A DNA stretch of 64,000 nt from Octopus vulgaris (Eukaryota), in assembly GCA_951406725.2 (NCBI GenBank), contig OX597840.1:25544001-25608000 (forward strand), given 5' to 3'. Positions within the stretch are counted from its first letter, which is position 1; each line of letters begins with the position of its first letter. The notes beneath the pieces were generated by a model. It was not told where the DNA came from. It made no database searches and saw only the letters and a list, made by a program, of their open reading frames with translations. Of the stretch, positions 1 through 12,212 are shown one piece after another. The position numbers and the translations under genes were made by a program.

Positions 1-155
1 GTAGTTGTCTTATTGCTTTCAACGTTTCGTTCTCCCTTTGAAGCTCCACTCTAATTTTTGATGTTCACTTCATCTTAATATCAAATACCAACAGAAAGTG
101 GAAGTATATGGTGATCCTTCGGTATAGGTACCGTAAGCACCGGAATTGGCTTTGT

Positions 156-290
156 TTACAACAAGGACAGACATAGGTATTTAGTCGATTACATCGAACC
201 AGTGCGGAACTGGTACTTAATTTATCGACACCGAAAGGATGAAAGGCAAAGTCAACCTCGGCGGAACTTGAACTCACAACGTAACGACAG
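156..290 (-). mobile_element. SINE family A fragment
   Basis: Reverse complement of the GAGTTCAAATTCCGCCGAGGTCGACTTTGCCTTTCATCC body seen many times in this window. Confidence 0.7.
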
Positions 291-291
291 A

Positions 292-332
<41 letters not shown>

Positions 333-1097
333 GTATGTATGTATATATATATATAGTTGTCCTACGTCCCCTGTAAACGTAACAGCGTCACAGTTTTGCA
401 ATACCCTTAAAACCAAGCACTTTTCAGCATCAGCCCCGCCACCCTACACACGAATTCACAAAAGAATTGTGAAGACCAGATCCATAAATACGAAGCACGT
501 GGTTAAAGGAAAAACGAAATGTTTCTCTAATTTCAACCAATCAGATCCATCCATTCCCGACACTGCGGACACCGTCGCAACCGTTTCCTCTTCTTAATTT
601 CCCCAACATCAATATTTGCATTTCTTTTTTGATGTGGAAAACGAAGTGAAGCCCACTTGATCGAACCCACAGTCGAAAGCGTCTGAACCGTGACCGCCCT
701 GTCACGTTTTTAACTGCTATTTCCAGCAGTTCCCTTACTGGTTCGTATATATTTTTATGTTCTGTTGTTGTTGTTCTTGTTGCTGTTTAACCCCAGGTCG
801 ACTCATAGCAGGACTTTTATCATAGATGTTCCTTCCGTGACTAGGAACGTGTTCAGACCGAGTGGGACCCCTACGATTTTGCTAATTCGAAGCAAAATAA
901 TGAAGAGGGTGCCATGGAATCTAAGGTTACAAAGTTTAAAAAGCCCTCGATAAATTCAAAGGGTCTCAGTTAAAACGAATGGCTTTTTAAATCTAAAAGG
1001 GCCCATTATATTTAAAGAAGGTTGAATAATTTTAAAGGAACCTTTGAATTTAAAAAATTGACAGGTTTAAAAAAGAATACAAATTATTTTGCTGTAA

Positions 1098-1680
1098 ACA
1101 TGGTTCGGGGTTCTGTTCCAATGCGTGGCACCATCGGCAAATGTCTTCTACTATAGCCTCGGTCCGACCAAAGCCTTGTGAGTGGATTTGATGGACGGAA
1201 ACTGAAAGAAACCCGTTGTATATAAATATGTGTGTGTGTCCAGTTACTGCTTGGCAACCGGTGTTGTGTTTACATCTCCGTAACGTAGCTGTTCAGGAAA
1301 AGGCATAGGAGTGGCTGTGTGGTAAGTAGCTTGCTTACCAACCACTTGGTTCCGGATTCAATCCCACCTCGTGACACCTTGGACAAGTGTCTTCTAGTAT
1401 AGCCTCGGGCCGACTAAAACCTTGTTAGTGGATTTGGTAGATGGAAACTGAAAGAAGCCCGTCGTATATATATGTATGTGTGTGTCTGTGTTTGTCCCCC
1501 AACATCACTTGAAACCCGATGCTGGTGTGTTTACGTCCCCGTAAACTGTAGGTTCGGCAAAAGAGACCGATAGAATAAGTACTAGGCTTACATAGAAGAA
1601 GCCCTAAGGGTAGATATGCTCGACTAAAGGCGGTACTCCAGCATGGCCACAGTCAAATGACTGAAACAAGTAAAAGAGTA
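1098..1680 (+). mobile_element. SINE family B: partial copy (1098-1300) plus near full-length copy (1301-1680)
   Basis: Head GGAGTGGCTGTGTGGTAAG, internal microsatellite, tail GGCGGTRCTCCAGCATGGCC...ACTGAAACAAGTAAAAGAG; matches other copies in window. Confidence 0.8.
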
Positions 1681-2226
1681 TCTATAATTTATCTGTACAG
1701 AAATGTAGGAAATATTCGCTGTTGCCATTTCTACGGTTTAAATGTATTCTCTATCTTATATTATTTCTGTTGTTTCAGAATAATGGAATAATAGAATTGT
1801 TACAACAGAAACATCACCAGAATATATTCATCATCTTTTAAAGACTAAAGGAAGGAATTTTTATACAGAATTGATATAACCTCGTTTAATATGAAGCTGA
1901 GGTGAAATATTTCCTCTTGGGTGAGATTATAAACAACACTTCTCTGTGTGTGCTCTCTGGAACCTGTACGAGATAATCTTGCATTCTAAATAAACTTGGA
2001 TTCAATTTACAAAGGAGATTGCAACGTTTCCAAATTACAGCAGAGATTACAGTTGATGGAAACGTAGCTGAAGGAATATTTGTCAGGAATGATTTATAAC
2101 AACTAAACTAGAAGATATATAATTTGGTGAAAGAAGAAAAATTATTGAAGTTTTCATGATGCAGAGAAGATAAAGAATTGATTTTTTTTTCCCCTGAAGA
2201 GTTGTCAAATAAGTGATGGAAATTAT

Positions 2227-2430
2227 GTGACTGCAATATCTGTAAAAATATCAGTCTCTCAGAGAAAGCATGTTCATACAGAGGAACACCTTTATCACTG
2301 TGATATCTGTAGAAGCTTAAAGACCCAGAAACCTATTCATACAGGAAATAATATCCATCAGTGTGATACGTGTGGTAAATCATTCTTGCAAATCCATCAT
2401 TTAACTGTTTACAAATGTATTATACAGGAA
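2227..2430 (+). pseudogene. Degenerate C2H2 fingers upstream of, and frameshifted from, the main ZNF ORF
   Basis: HVHTEEHLYHCDIC...IHTGNNIHQCDTCGKSF; TGTATTATACAGGA lacks the C of the usual ATTCATACAGGA linker. Confidence 0.65.
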
Positions 2431-3692
2431 AGAAATCATATCAATGTGATATCTGTGGTAAATCATTCTCTCAAACATCTAGTTTGACTAATCACAAACG
2501 TATTCATACAGGAGAGAAACCATATCAATGTGATATCTGTGGAGAATCATTCACTCGGAATCAAAACCTAACGAGTCACAATCGTATTCATACAGGGGAG
2601 AAACCATATCAGTGTGAAATCTGTGGCAGATCATTTTCTCAGAACCATCACTTATCTAATCACATACGTATTCATACAGGAGAGAAACCATATCAGTGTG
2701 GTATCTGTGGAGAATCATTCACTCAGAATCAAAACCTAACGAGTCACAATCGTATTCATACAGGGGAGAAACCTTATCACTGTGAAATCTGTGGTAAATC
2801 TTTCTCTCACACTAGTGATGTAACTATACATAAACGTATTCATACAGGAGAGAAACCATATCAGTGTGATATCTGTGGAGAATCATTCACTCAGAATCAA
2901 AATCTAACGAGTCACAAACGTATTCATACAGGGGAGAAACCATATCAGTGTGATATCTGTGGTAAATCTTTCTCTCACACTAGTGATGTAACTAAACATA
3001 AACGTATTCATACAGGGGAGAAACCATATCAGTGTGATATTTGTGGTAAATCCTTCTCTCATAATAGTGATGTAAATAAACATAAACGTATTCATACAGG
3101 AGAGAAACCATATCAGTGTGATATTTGTGGTAAATCTTTCTCTGATAATAGTGATGTAACTAAACATAAACGTATTCATACAGGTGAGAAACCATATCAG
3201 TGTGGTACCTGTGGCCAATCGTTCTCTCGAAATCAACATTTAATTACTCACGAACGTAGTCATACAGGAGAGAAACCATATCAGTGTGATATTTGTGGTA
3301 AATCTTTCTCTGATAATAGTGATGTAACTAAACATAAACGTATTCATACAGGAGAGAAACCATATTGGTGTGATATTTGTGGTAAATCTTTCTCTCGTAG
3401 CAGTAGCTTAACTAAACATAAACGTATTCATACAGGGGAGAAACCATATCAGTGTGATATTTGTGGTAAATCTTTCTCTCAAATTAGTAATGTAACTGAA
3501 CATAAACGTATTCATACAGGTGAGAAACCATATCAGTGTGGTACCTGTGACAAATCTTTCTCTCATAGCGGTAGCTTAACTAAACATAAACGTATTCATA
3601 CAGGGGAGAAACTATATCAGTGTGATATTTGTGGAGAATCATTCACTCAGAATCAAAACCTAACTAGTCACAACCGTATTCATACAGGATAG
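2415..3692 (+). CDS. Tandem C2H2 zinc-finger protein, 15 fingers
   Basis: 15 CxxC-x12-HxxxH units joined by TGEKPY linkers; splice acceptor TTTCTGTTGTTTCAG ending 1778; AATAAA at 4612-4617. True start uncertain. Confidence 0.9.
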   Translation: MYYTGKKSYQCDICGKSFSQTSSLTNHKRIHTGEKPYQCDICGESFTRNQNLTSHNRIHTGEKPYQCEICGRSFSQNHHLSNHIRIHTGEKPYQCGICGESFTQNQNLTSHNRIHTGEKPYHCEICGKSFSHTSDVTIHKRIHTGEKPYQCDICGESFTQNQNLTSHKRIHTGEKPYQCDICGKSFSHTSDVTKHKRIHTGEKPYQCDICGKSFSHNSDVNKHKRIHTGEKPYQCDICGKSFSDNSDVTKHKRIHTGEKPYQCGTCGQSFSRNQHLITHERSHTGEKPYQCDICGKSFSDNSDVTKHKRIHTGEKPYWCDICGKSFSRSSSLTKHKRIHTGEKPYQCDICGKSFSQISNVTEHKRIHTGEKPYQCGTCDKSFSHSGSLTKHKRIHTGEKLYQCDICGESFTQNQNLTSHNRIHTG

Positions 3693-3910
3693 AAACCATA
3701 TCACTGTGATATCTGCGGCAGATCATTTCCTCAGAATCATCACTTATCTAATCACAAATGCGTCCATATGGAGGAAAAAGAAAGTCAACGTGATATCTGC
3801 GGAGAATTATTCTCTCAATGTGCTGAGTTAATTTCCCATAAATGCATCCATCCAGCATAGAAACTACATCACTATATTATCTCTAGTAAATCATTCTCCC
3901 AAATCATCTT
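3693..3910 (+). pseudogene. In-frame zinc-finger continuation past the TAG stop (one good finger, then decaying)
   Basis: GGA-TAG-AAA-CCA-TAT then HCDICGRSFPQNHHLSNHKCVH; second linker TAG at 3858-3860. Confidence 0.75.
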
Positions 3911-3959
3911 CTGTCTTATGATAATGAGTTTATTGTATACTGTGCTCCTTGGAAAAAGT

Positions 3960-4365
3960 TAAATGAAGAAATAGAAAGAAGACATATAGTTGTGAACTAA
4001 AGACAGCAGTGAAAGCTTGAAGTAGATGCACTGTACACAATAAAACACAAAATGTCCCCAGAAATGCATGCAGGGATTGAACCACAAAGAGTAAAGAGAG
4101 CATAGGAACATCAGGGGTAGTGATGACGTATTTGGGGAAACCTGAAAGTTTTGAAGGTTGCAGTCAACGTATAGTTTATTCCCCGCTTCACTAATTGTGC
4201 ACATGAAAAAATATCTCTGAAAGCCATGGGTGCTGCACTGTTTTTTTGTTTTTTTAATTTTATAAGCATGTCCATGGCTAGTTGAGGTATGGACTTCAAA
4301 AAAGTGACCAAAGTTGCTGGAAAGATGGTAGATAATCTTGCAAACTTCAATCAAATCAGACATTT
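3960..4365 (-). mobile_element. Degraded CR1/L2-type LINE 3' fragment in ZNF 3' region
   Basis: DLIEVCKII...HGHAYKI...FF...EAGNKL resembles the RT C-terminal tail (compare 10403-10912); ZF relic HKCIHTEEEP resumes after it. Confidence 0.6.
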
Positions 4366-4869
4366 GACATCAAAACTAAGGTGTGAAATGTTATCTTTGT
4401 ACCATGACTTCTTCTTTTCGACCAAGTCCCTCAAAAATCATTATTTAACTGGACACAAATGTATACACACAGAAGAGGAACCTTTTATTATAAATGAAGT
4501 GTGTAATATTCTGTGTGAATTGCCACAATTGTTTGTCATCACCTTTGTAAGGGCCAAAATCTTGAATGGTAACCTCATCAACCTTTGTGAATATTTATAA
4601 TGTGAAATCTAAATAAAGCTGTTTTACTCTTTAAGTATTCTTCTGTCATTTTGTATTTCCAACATCTAAAACCAAGACTTGTATTAACCCAATCATAAAC
4701 TAGACAATTCACGGACCCAATGAGTATGAGATAAAAGGTTAACTCCACCATGCTTAGCTTTATAAGCTGTTCTTTTCCATGTTCCAGCCCTTCTCAGCCC
4801 TCTTTTATCCATCCATCATAGTGTTATGGGCCATTCCAGGAGAGACAAATTAGGCAATAGCAGATAGCT

Positions 4870-5530
4870 TCCTTTGAACAATTTACTTCCATTTTGCTGG
4901 ACAAACAAACAAACAGACAGAATTTCTCTTTTATATATATAGACTAGCAGCAATACCCATCGTTGATCAAGTAATTACTTTCACTGTTTCTCAGGAGCTA
5001 CATTCTAAGTATTATGATATACAAAATTTGGTTGAGTTTATTTTTGTGCATATCCAAAGTAAAATACAGGCATGAGGTAATCCCCTTTTCTGTCATTCCA
5101 CTATATACATAAAACAGTGAACTTCCCCAAGGATATATGATTTAGAAAAGAGGTGCATCATCATATTATTTTATTTCAAGTTAAAAACCCATGCTATGAG
5201 ATCTTGTCTATGGTGTGCCTGTTGATGAAGAAAGAGTTTATTTTGTATTTCAGGCCATTTTTGGTCACATGTAAAAGTTATAATAAATATATCTGGTCTA
5301 CCATAATTTCGTACATATGTCACAACATCTTGTGTTCTTTCATGCAAATAGTAGGGGTGGGGTCCACTTGTGAAGCTCAATGGAAGGATGCACAATTGCC
5401 CCAGATTATTTCCATACCCATCATTATTTATGCTGTCCCCTAAGCGAATATATGAAGCAACCTGGAGCTGTTTTTGGTGTGTTCTTACATAGGTGAATCT
5501 TTGATTCAATTTTGCCGTACATGTCAACAA
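4870..5530 (-). mobile_element. Helitron remnants: Rep-region fragment (5171-5450), 3' CTAG end at 4944 abutting a second 5' TC end at 4943
   Basis: ILPLSFTSGP...QDVVTYVRNYGRPDIFIITFTCDQKWPEI matches the Helitron_like_N motif; termini resemble the Helitron at 12481-12871. Confidence 0.8.
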
Positions 5531-5538
5531 AAAATTCA

Positions 5539-6210
5539 TCAACATCATCATCGTTTAACGTCCGTTTTCTGTGCTAGTACGGGTTGGACGGTTAAACCGA
5601 GGTCTGGGAAGCCAGGAAGTTGCAACAGTGGCACTTCACACATTTCTCCTCATCCATCCACAGTACATGACCATACCAGCACAAACGTCTCTCTTGCTCA
5701 CCACATCAGATGCTTCTTATGTCCAGCATTTCTCTCAGGGCGCTTACACTCTGTCATGTGTGCACACTGACATTACACATCCAGCAGATCATGTTAGCTT
5801 CATTTCTTTCAAGTCTACGCATGTCCTCTTCAGTCACAGCCCATTTTTTCACTACCCTGAAGCATGGCAATTCGCACACATGCATCATACAATCTAACTT
5901 TCACTCTGAGCGAGAGACCCTTTGCCACCAGTAGGGATAGGAGCGTTCTAAACTTTGCCCGGGCTATTCGTATTCTAGTGGTGACACTCTCAGCATCCAC
6001 CCCCACTACTAACTTGGTTACCTAGGTAGCAGAGACTATCAACTACTTCAAGTTTCTCCCCCTGGAGTGTGATGGAATCTGTTTTCTGAGTATCTGTGGT
6101 GTCTATTGTCCCTGTACATTTACCGCACATGAAAGCTATCTTCTCAGTTAATTTTCCTTTGATGTTGCTGCACCTCTTATGCGTCCATACCTTACACTGG
6201 GTACATCTTA
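5539..6210 (-). mobile_element. RTE-clade LINE 3' fragment with (GAT)n tail
   Basis: IRCTQCKVWTHKRCS...CGKC...LEVVDSLCYLG...GGGC; ends GACGTTAAACGATGATGATG on minus strand. Confidence 0.8.
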
Positions 6211-6243
6211 TCAATTCCTATTTGCTGGCATAGGTCAAACGGT

Positions 6244-7349
6244 TTGACTGGAACTGGTAAGCCAGAGAGCTTCACCAAGTTCCAATCTGATTTGGCACGG
6301 CTTCTACGGTTGGATGTCTCCCCCATCTCCTATTCACCCGTGTCAAGTGATGCAGGATCACCGGCGGTGTCGCCGAAGAAAAAAGAAACCCCAGCACCAG
6401 CTACAAAATTTTCTGAAGTAGCTGGAAAGAAAATAAAAAAAATTAACACTGAAAACCTGCAGAAATACGCAGACTGTTTGATAAAAGAGGGCACAGGAGT
6501 AACGGTGGTTACGAATGCCCAAAAGCAAGAAGAGATTGATAAAAAAAGAATAATATACAAGACTTTCAACATCACAAGTAAGTCTATACAAAGAATAGAG
6601 GAGAAAAAAATAGAAAACTGCCTAAAGCAGATATGGGATAAGATTACGTACATCAATCGCGGGAAGAAATACGGCACAGTGGAAGTGAGATTTGCAACGG
6701 AGGAGGTAGCCAAAAAGCTATCCATGGAACCCATGAAAGCGGAGAATATTGTTCTCCTCCCCCTGTATAGAGGCAAAAGAACCTCAAAGATAACAATGGA
6801 CAATATTCCGCCAGAAGCGGACGCCACATGTCTGGTGGCAGCAGTTATGGTAGGCCTGGAGGAAAAAATAAACATCCTCCAGGCCACAGTAGAGGAGGAA
6901 GAAAATTGGAAAGGGCAGCGTATAATGATAGCCATCCAGGCAGAGATACAAACCCTGGAAGAGATTCCGGAGACACTGAAAATCAGTGAGGAGGAAAGAG
7001 TCACAGTCTTTGTAGAGGGCAGAAAGCCGAGGTGCTTCGGCTGCGGTAAGAAAGGGCATGTAAGGGCAGAATGCCAACCCAAACTGCAGGAAGCAGCTCA
7101 GCCAGGTGGAAGAACAGAAGAGGTGTCACCAGAAGCAGCGCCGGGCGGCCCAGAAGGGACGGCTGAAGGTGTGTAGGTGACAGAGGCAGCGGAACCGGCG
7201 GCGAAGGTAGCGAAGGAAACAAAGAGCGAGGAAACGAAAAATGAGGAGGGGTGGTCACAAATCAGTAGGAAAAAAAGAAAAGCTGAGACCACCCCTCCGA
7301 AAGTAAACCAAAAGAAAAAAAGAGTCTTTGAACTCATTTATGGCCATTA
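6244..7349 (+). pseudogene. Non-LTR retrotransposon ORF1-like protein with CCHC knuckle; in-frame TAG at 7174-7176; no ORF2 follows
   Basis: VFVEGRKPRCFGCGKKGHVRAEC; frame continues after stop as EEGWSQISRKKRK. Confidence 0.7.
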
Positions 7350-7983
7350 AGGCCTCAAATAATAGACTCGGTAATGTGTTGGCAGCTATGGCCAAGGTAG
7401 AAAAAATTGGAAGAAAAAATGATTACATATTGTATAGAACAAGGGGAGCGACCCCTCATACCCACTCCAAGAAACGTGTTTCAAATTGGCGCACCTTGGC
7501 AATTTTTTTTTTTTTTACTTTTTAGTTACCTATATTAAGTTTCGTACATAATGACATTGTTACTGAAACATGAAATTAATGAATGTAAAGGATTATACAT
7601 AACGAATTATTTCGCGTAATATAAGAAAAATAAGTTTAAAATTGTTTGGTATGAACCATGGCACGTTTTTTTATATATATATGTTAGCTCTCATTAACTT
7701 TAAAACCTTGCTACTCTTAGCATCGGTGAAATTGTAGAAATCAATCGTGTTTATGTAAAGATAATTACTATTTTGCTTTCTTTATACAACATTTTGCCCA
7801 AGTTGTTGCGCAGTGGAACTGAACCCGAAACCATGTGGTCGCAAAGCTTGCCACTTCACCACACAGCCGTTACTTTCAAACAGTATTGCTACATCGTTAA
7901 ATCGCTTTCTACCAGCTTAAACGAGAAATGCATGAAATCCAGGGCTAGAAACTCTTAAACAGATAATTTTTTTTTATCAAAAG

Positions 7984-8586
7984 AAGGCCGTGATCTGGCA
8001 GAAACGTTAGGACGCCGGGCGAAATGCTTAGCGGTATTTCGTCTGCCGCTACGTTGTGAGTTCAAATTCCGCCGAAGTCGACTTTGCCTTTCATCCTTTC
8101 GGGGTCGATTAAATAAGTACCAGTTATGCACTGGGGTCGATATAATCGACTTAATCCGTTTGTCTGTCCTTGTTTGTTCCTTCTGTGTTTAGCCCCTTGT
8201 GGGTAGTAAAGAAATAGGTATTTCGTCTGCCGTTACGTTCTGAGTTCAAATTCCGCCGAGGTCGACTTTGCCTTTCATCCTTTCGGGGTCGATTAAATAT
8301 GTACCAGTTATGCACTGGGGTCGATATAATCGACTTAATCTGTTTGTCTGTCCTTGTTTGTTCCTTCTGTGTTTAGCCCCTTGTGGGTAGTAAAGAAATA
8401 GGTATTTCGTCTGCCGTTACGTTCTGAGTTCAAATTCCGCCGAGGTCGACTTTGCCTTTCATCCTTTCGGGGTCGATTAAATAAGTAGCAGTTATATGCA
8501 CTGGGGTCGATATAATCGACTTAATCCGTTTGTCTGTCCTTGTTTGTCCTCTCTGTGTTTAGCCCCTTGTGGGTAGTAAAGAAATA
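7984..8586 (+). mobile_element. SINE family A trimer with one target-site duplication
   Basis: Full head plus two ~185-bp units restarting at GGTATTTCGTCTG; flanked by GATAATTTTTT..ATCAAAAG. Confidence 0.85.
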
Positions 8587-9153
8587 GATAATTTTTTATC
8601 AAAAGTTTGCTTAATTCGGTTTCACCTGGGGCTAAACAAAAATGACTGAGCTTTATTTAAACATTAAAATGTGTATGTTTTTACGCGATTATTACATTGT
8701 TGAACCCCATATCTTCTTACATGCATGCAATATATTATTTTAAACTTCTGTAGTGATCCTATACAACAGCGCGCGCGCGCAACGCCCTCTCGCGAATACA
8801 CGAAGTCCGAAAGAGGGAATTTTGCTGACGTGGCCTTAGCTTATAGAGGCAAGGGAGAGCGAGCCTTAACAAAGAGGCAAGGGAGCGTAAAGCGTTGACC
8901 ATTAGCGTCTTGTTGTTTCTGACTGGTAGAATTCTGGATTATTAAAGCAACGGCTAGTGATTGCTTTCTTATACCCCGAAAGTACAAGAGAAGATATTCA
9001 CACTAAGTTCGTTACACTTCTGATATGTTTCGTTTCATTGCTATAAAAAAAGCTATTTACATTTGTCGTAAAATAGTGTGGTTAAATCTATTGATGTTCT
9101 AAATTAGACTACAACATTTAGGAGGAATGCTAAACGATATTTTATTTAGCTTG

Positions 9154-9386
9154 AAGGCGGCGAGCTGGCAGAAACGTTAGCACGCCGGGCGAAATGCGTA
9201 GCCGTATTGCGTCTGTCGTTACGTTCTGAGTTCAAGTTCCGCCGAGGTCGACTTTGTCTTTCATTCTTTCAGGGTCGATAAATTAAGTACCAGTTACGCA
9301 CTGGGGTCGAAGTAATCGACTTAATCCGTTTGTCTGTCCTTGTTAGTCCTCTCTGTGTTTAACCCCTTGTGGGTAGTAAAGAAATA
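9154..9386 (+). mobile_element. SINE family A monomer
   Basis: A box TGGCAGAAACG, B box GAGTTCAAGT; TSD GATATTTTATTTAGC (9136-9150, 9387-9401). Confidence 0.9.
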
Positions 9387-10214
9387 GATATTTTATTTAG
9401 CCTGCAATAACAACGTCGTTTTCTAGTCTTTACAAAGAATTGTAGAGTGCTACATCATTTGAAAAGTAACTTTATTATTGGTCGCTTGTTTAAACAGTTT
9501 ACGAGATATATTATGTATTGACATAGTCTTAATTTCCTTGTTTTCGAATATGAACTAAAATATTACCACAGATCATTTTCTCATAAACTTTCTTACACGA
9601 CCAGAATATAAAGAACAGTTCAAAAAGAACTAATTATTAAGAGTGGTTGTATACTGTCAACTTAACGTGACAGTCCTGTAAGGGAATTACACCACCGCTG
9701 TTTAGCCATAGGAAGCATCGACGCTTCCAATCGGCCTTGACGCATTTTCTGTGTCCTTATATATTTACGAAGGGGAGACAAACACACCCAACAGCTAGGC
9801 CTGTTAAGAGTTATCGATTAAATAGCTGAGCATTTCAGAGCTTCTTTTGTTGTGAAATCTGATCTTCAAACACATAAGATGTGACATTTTGCGACAAGGC
9901 TAAATTCCACTTTCATTTGAAAAGAAAAACAAAAATGGCGGTGACTATAAAATATCTGCATATAACACTACATCACTTTTTCAGCTACATAGGTCTGTTC
10001 TCAGCGCTTTCTGAACTGTACTTTTCATGTATGATCTTTTCATTTTGCCTCCATGATTCGTAGAATTTATTTATCTTTGCACAATTCTGTTTAGTATTAT
10101 ACGTCACGTAAAGGATATTATATTTACAAGTGTATTGAGCGAGATTACCTAAGTGAATGTATATACATATTTGCGACTGAGGTGACAGGCCGAAAATTTA
10201 ATTTTTCGGTCACT

Positions 10215-10258
10215 TTAGAAGTTGCTTTTCATCTTGCTCCATAGACGATCTCCATAGC
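10215..10258 (-). CDS. Candidate terminal exon of the chitin-binding gene (GYGDRLWSKMKSNF*)
   Basis: Acceptor TTTCATCAGTTTTGTAG, phase compatible with exon 14178-14399, AATAAA ~145 nt downstream; no homology support. Confidence 0.3.
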
Positions 10259-10352
10259 CTACAAAACTGATGAAAGCTATCTATGCGTACCTGTGCGTGT
10301 GATAGATAAGTACATACATACACACATAACGCATATATACATGCATACCTAC

Positions 10353-10989
10353 CTTCGGCCCAGTGCGTCCATGCTGCCAACAAAGCGCGCGGAATTCTGT
10401 TTTTGATTCGACGGTCATTCGGAATGCTCACAGCAGCCATATTCTTACCACTCTATGTCACGCTGGTGAGACCCATATTGGATTATGGGATTCAAGCCTC
10501 TTCTCCTTATCTCCTCAAAGACATACAGCATCTCGAAAGAGTCCAGAGGCTGGCTACCCGCATGGTTCATGGTCTCAAATATTTGTCCTACGAAGAAAGG
10601 CTGAGGACGCTCGACCTTTATTCTCTTGAAAAACGCCGCCGCCGTGGTGATCTCATTCTCGCTCACAACATCATAAGCGGGAAGTGTAACCTCTCGAAAG
10701 AGCTGTTCTTCACTCCTGCTCCAGAGCGTCGGCTGCGGGGTCATTCCGAAAAGCTCTACCTGCGACGATTTCATCTCAATCGAAGGAGAGGAGCTTTCTC
10801 CGTCCGGGTTGCGGATCCGTGGAACAAGCTGCCAGACGAGATGGTGAAGATGCCGACGACCGCTCGGTTCAAAGCCTCCCTGGACCTCAAGTGGCCTGAA
10901 CTCTTTACATGAACACCACCCTGTACTTAACTCCATGTCCCCCTACATGGCCTTGCTATTTGCTTTTGAGCCAAAATTAACTAACTAAC
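10353..10989 (+). mobile_element. 5'-truncated CR1-type LINE (RT C-terminus ORF 10403-10912), (CTAA)n tail
   Basis: LVRPILDY...LERVQRLATR...SYEERL...LEKRRRRGDLI...WNKLP; TSD CATGCATACsTA. Confidence 0.9.
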
Positions 10990-11137
10990 ATGCATACGTA
11001 TATGTTATGCATCTCTATGCCTGAAAGTAATAGCCCTGACTGAGAGGAAGTGAGAGAAAGTGATAGAAATGAGACAGGGGAAGTGTTAAAGACTGCATCG
11101 TGTATCTTCTGCTTTTCTCCGTCAAAACATTTAAAAA

Positions 11138-11458
11138 GACTCCGCCGGTTACGACGACGAGGGTCCCAGCTGATACGATCAACGGAATAGCTTGCTCGTA
11201 AAATTAACGTGCAAATGGCTGAGCATTCCACAGACACGTGTACCCTTAACGTAGTTCTCGGGGATAATCAGCGTGACACAGAGAGTGACAAGGCTGACCC
11301 TTTGAAATACAAGTACAACTCATTTTTGCCAGCTGAGTGGACTGGAGCAACGTGAAATAAAGTGTCTTGCTCAAGGACACAACGCGTCGCCGGGAATCGA
11401 ACTCACAACCTTACGATCATGAGCCGAATGCCCTAACCACTAAGCCACGCGCCCTCAC
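11138..11458 (-). mobile_element. tRNA-derived SINE family D with CORE-like segment
   Basis: Head GTGGCTTAGTGGTTAGGG...GAGTTCGATTCCC then TCCTTGAGCAAGACACTT. Confidence 0.75.
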
Positions 11459-11925
11459 CCGTCAAAACATATGAATGAGATAAATAACGAAGGAAGGGGT
11501 GAAAAAAATCGGCATTTCAACTGTTTGATTATATGTGTGTGCATGTACAAGGGGAGTATGCGAATGTATGTGAACATTGACAAGGGTATTAATCTTATTT
11601 AGAATACTCTTGTGTATTTCTCTGTCACAACATATGAATGAGAAAGGAAGGGGTGACAGATAAATAAGGAAGAAGTGACGGCAACAAAGGAATTCAATCA
11701 CTACTACCATCCACAACAAATCGCTTTCAGGGCACTTGACCATTTAACATCCTACTACTGTCATAGCACTCTCGCATTCTTCTTCTTCTTCTTTTTCTTT
11801 TTCTTCTTCTTCTCTGCCAAGAATTCATAATGACCTCGAACCCACAAGAGTAAACAAGAGAGACAGAGACAGGCAGAAACAAGGAAAATGCCTATTGTAT
11901 TTGAATACTATTTTTTTTTTTTTTT

Positions 11926-12144
11926 GTACTTGTTTCAGTCATTTGACTGCGGCCATGCTGGAGCACCGCCTTTAGAGTGGTGAAAGAGTACAGCAGGGAT
12001 CACCACCATCCCCTGCCGGAGCCTCGTGGAGCTTTTAGGTGTTTTCGCTCAATAAACACACACAACGCCCGGTCTGGGAATCGAAACCGAGATCCTCCGA
12101 CCGCAAGTCCGCTGCCCTAACCACTGGGCCATTGCGCCTCCACA
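11926..12144 (-). mobile_element. SINE family C head joined to a family-B-type 3' tail
   Basis: Head GGCGCAATGGCCCAGTGGTTAGGGC...GGTTTCGATTCCC; tail AAAGGCGGTGCTCCAGCATGGCCGCAGTC. Confidence 0.75.
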
Positions 12145-12212
12145 CTATGCAAATATTCTTTTAAAAAAACTTTTCTTTTAATTTTTTCCAAAATTTAATT
12201 GTTTTCACGCTT

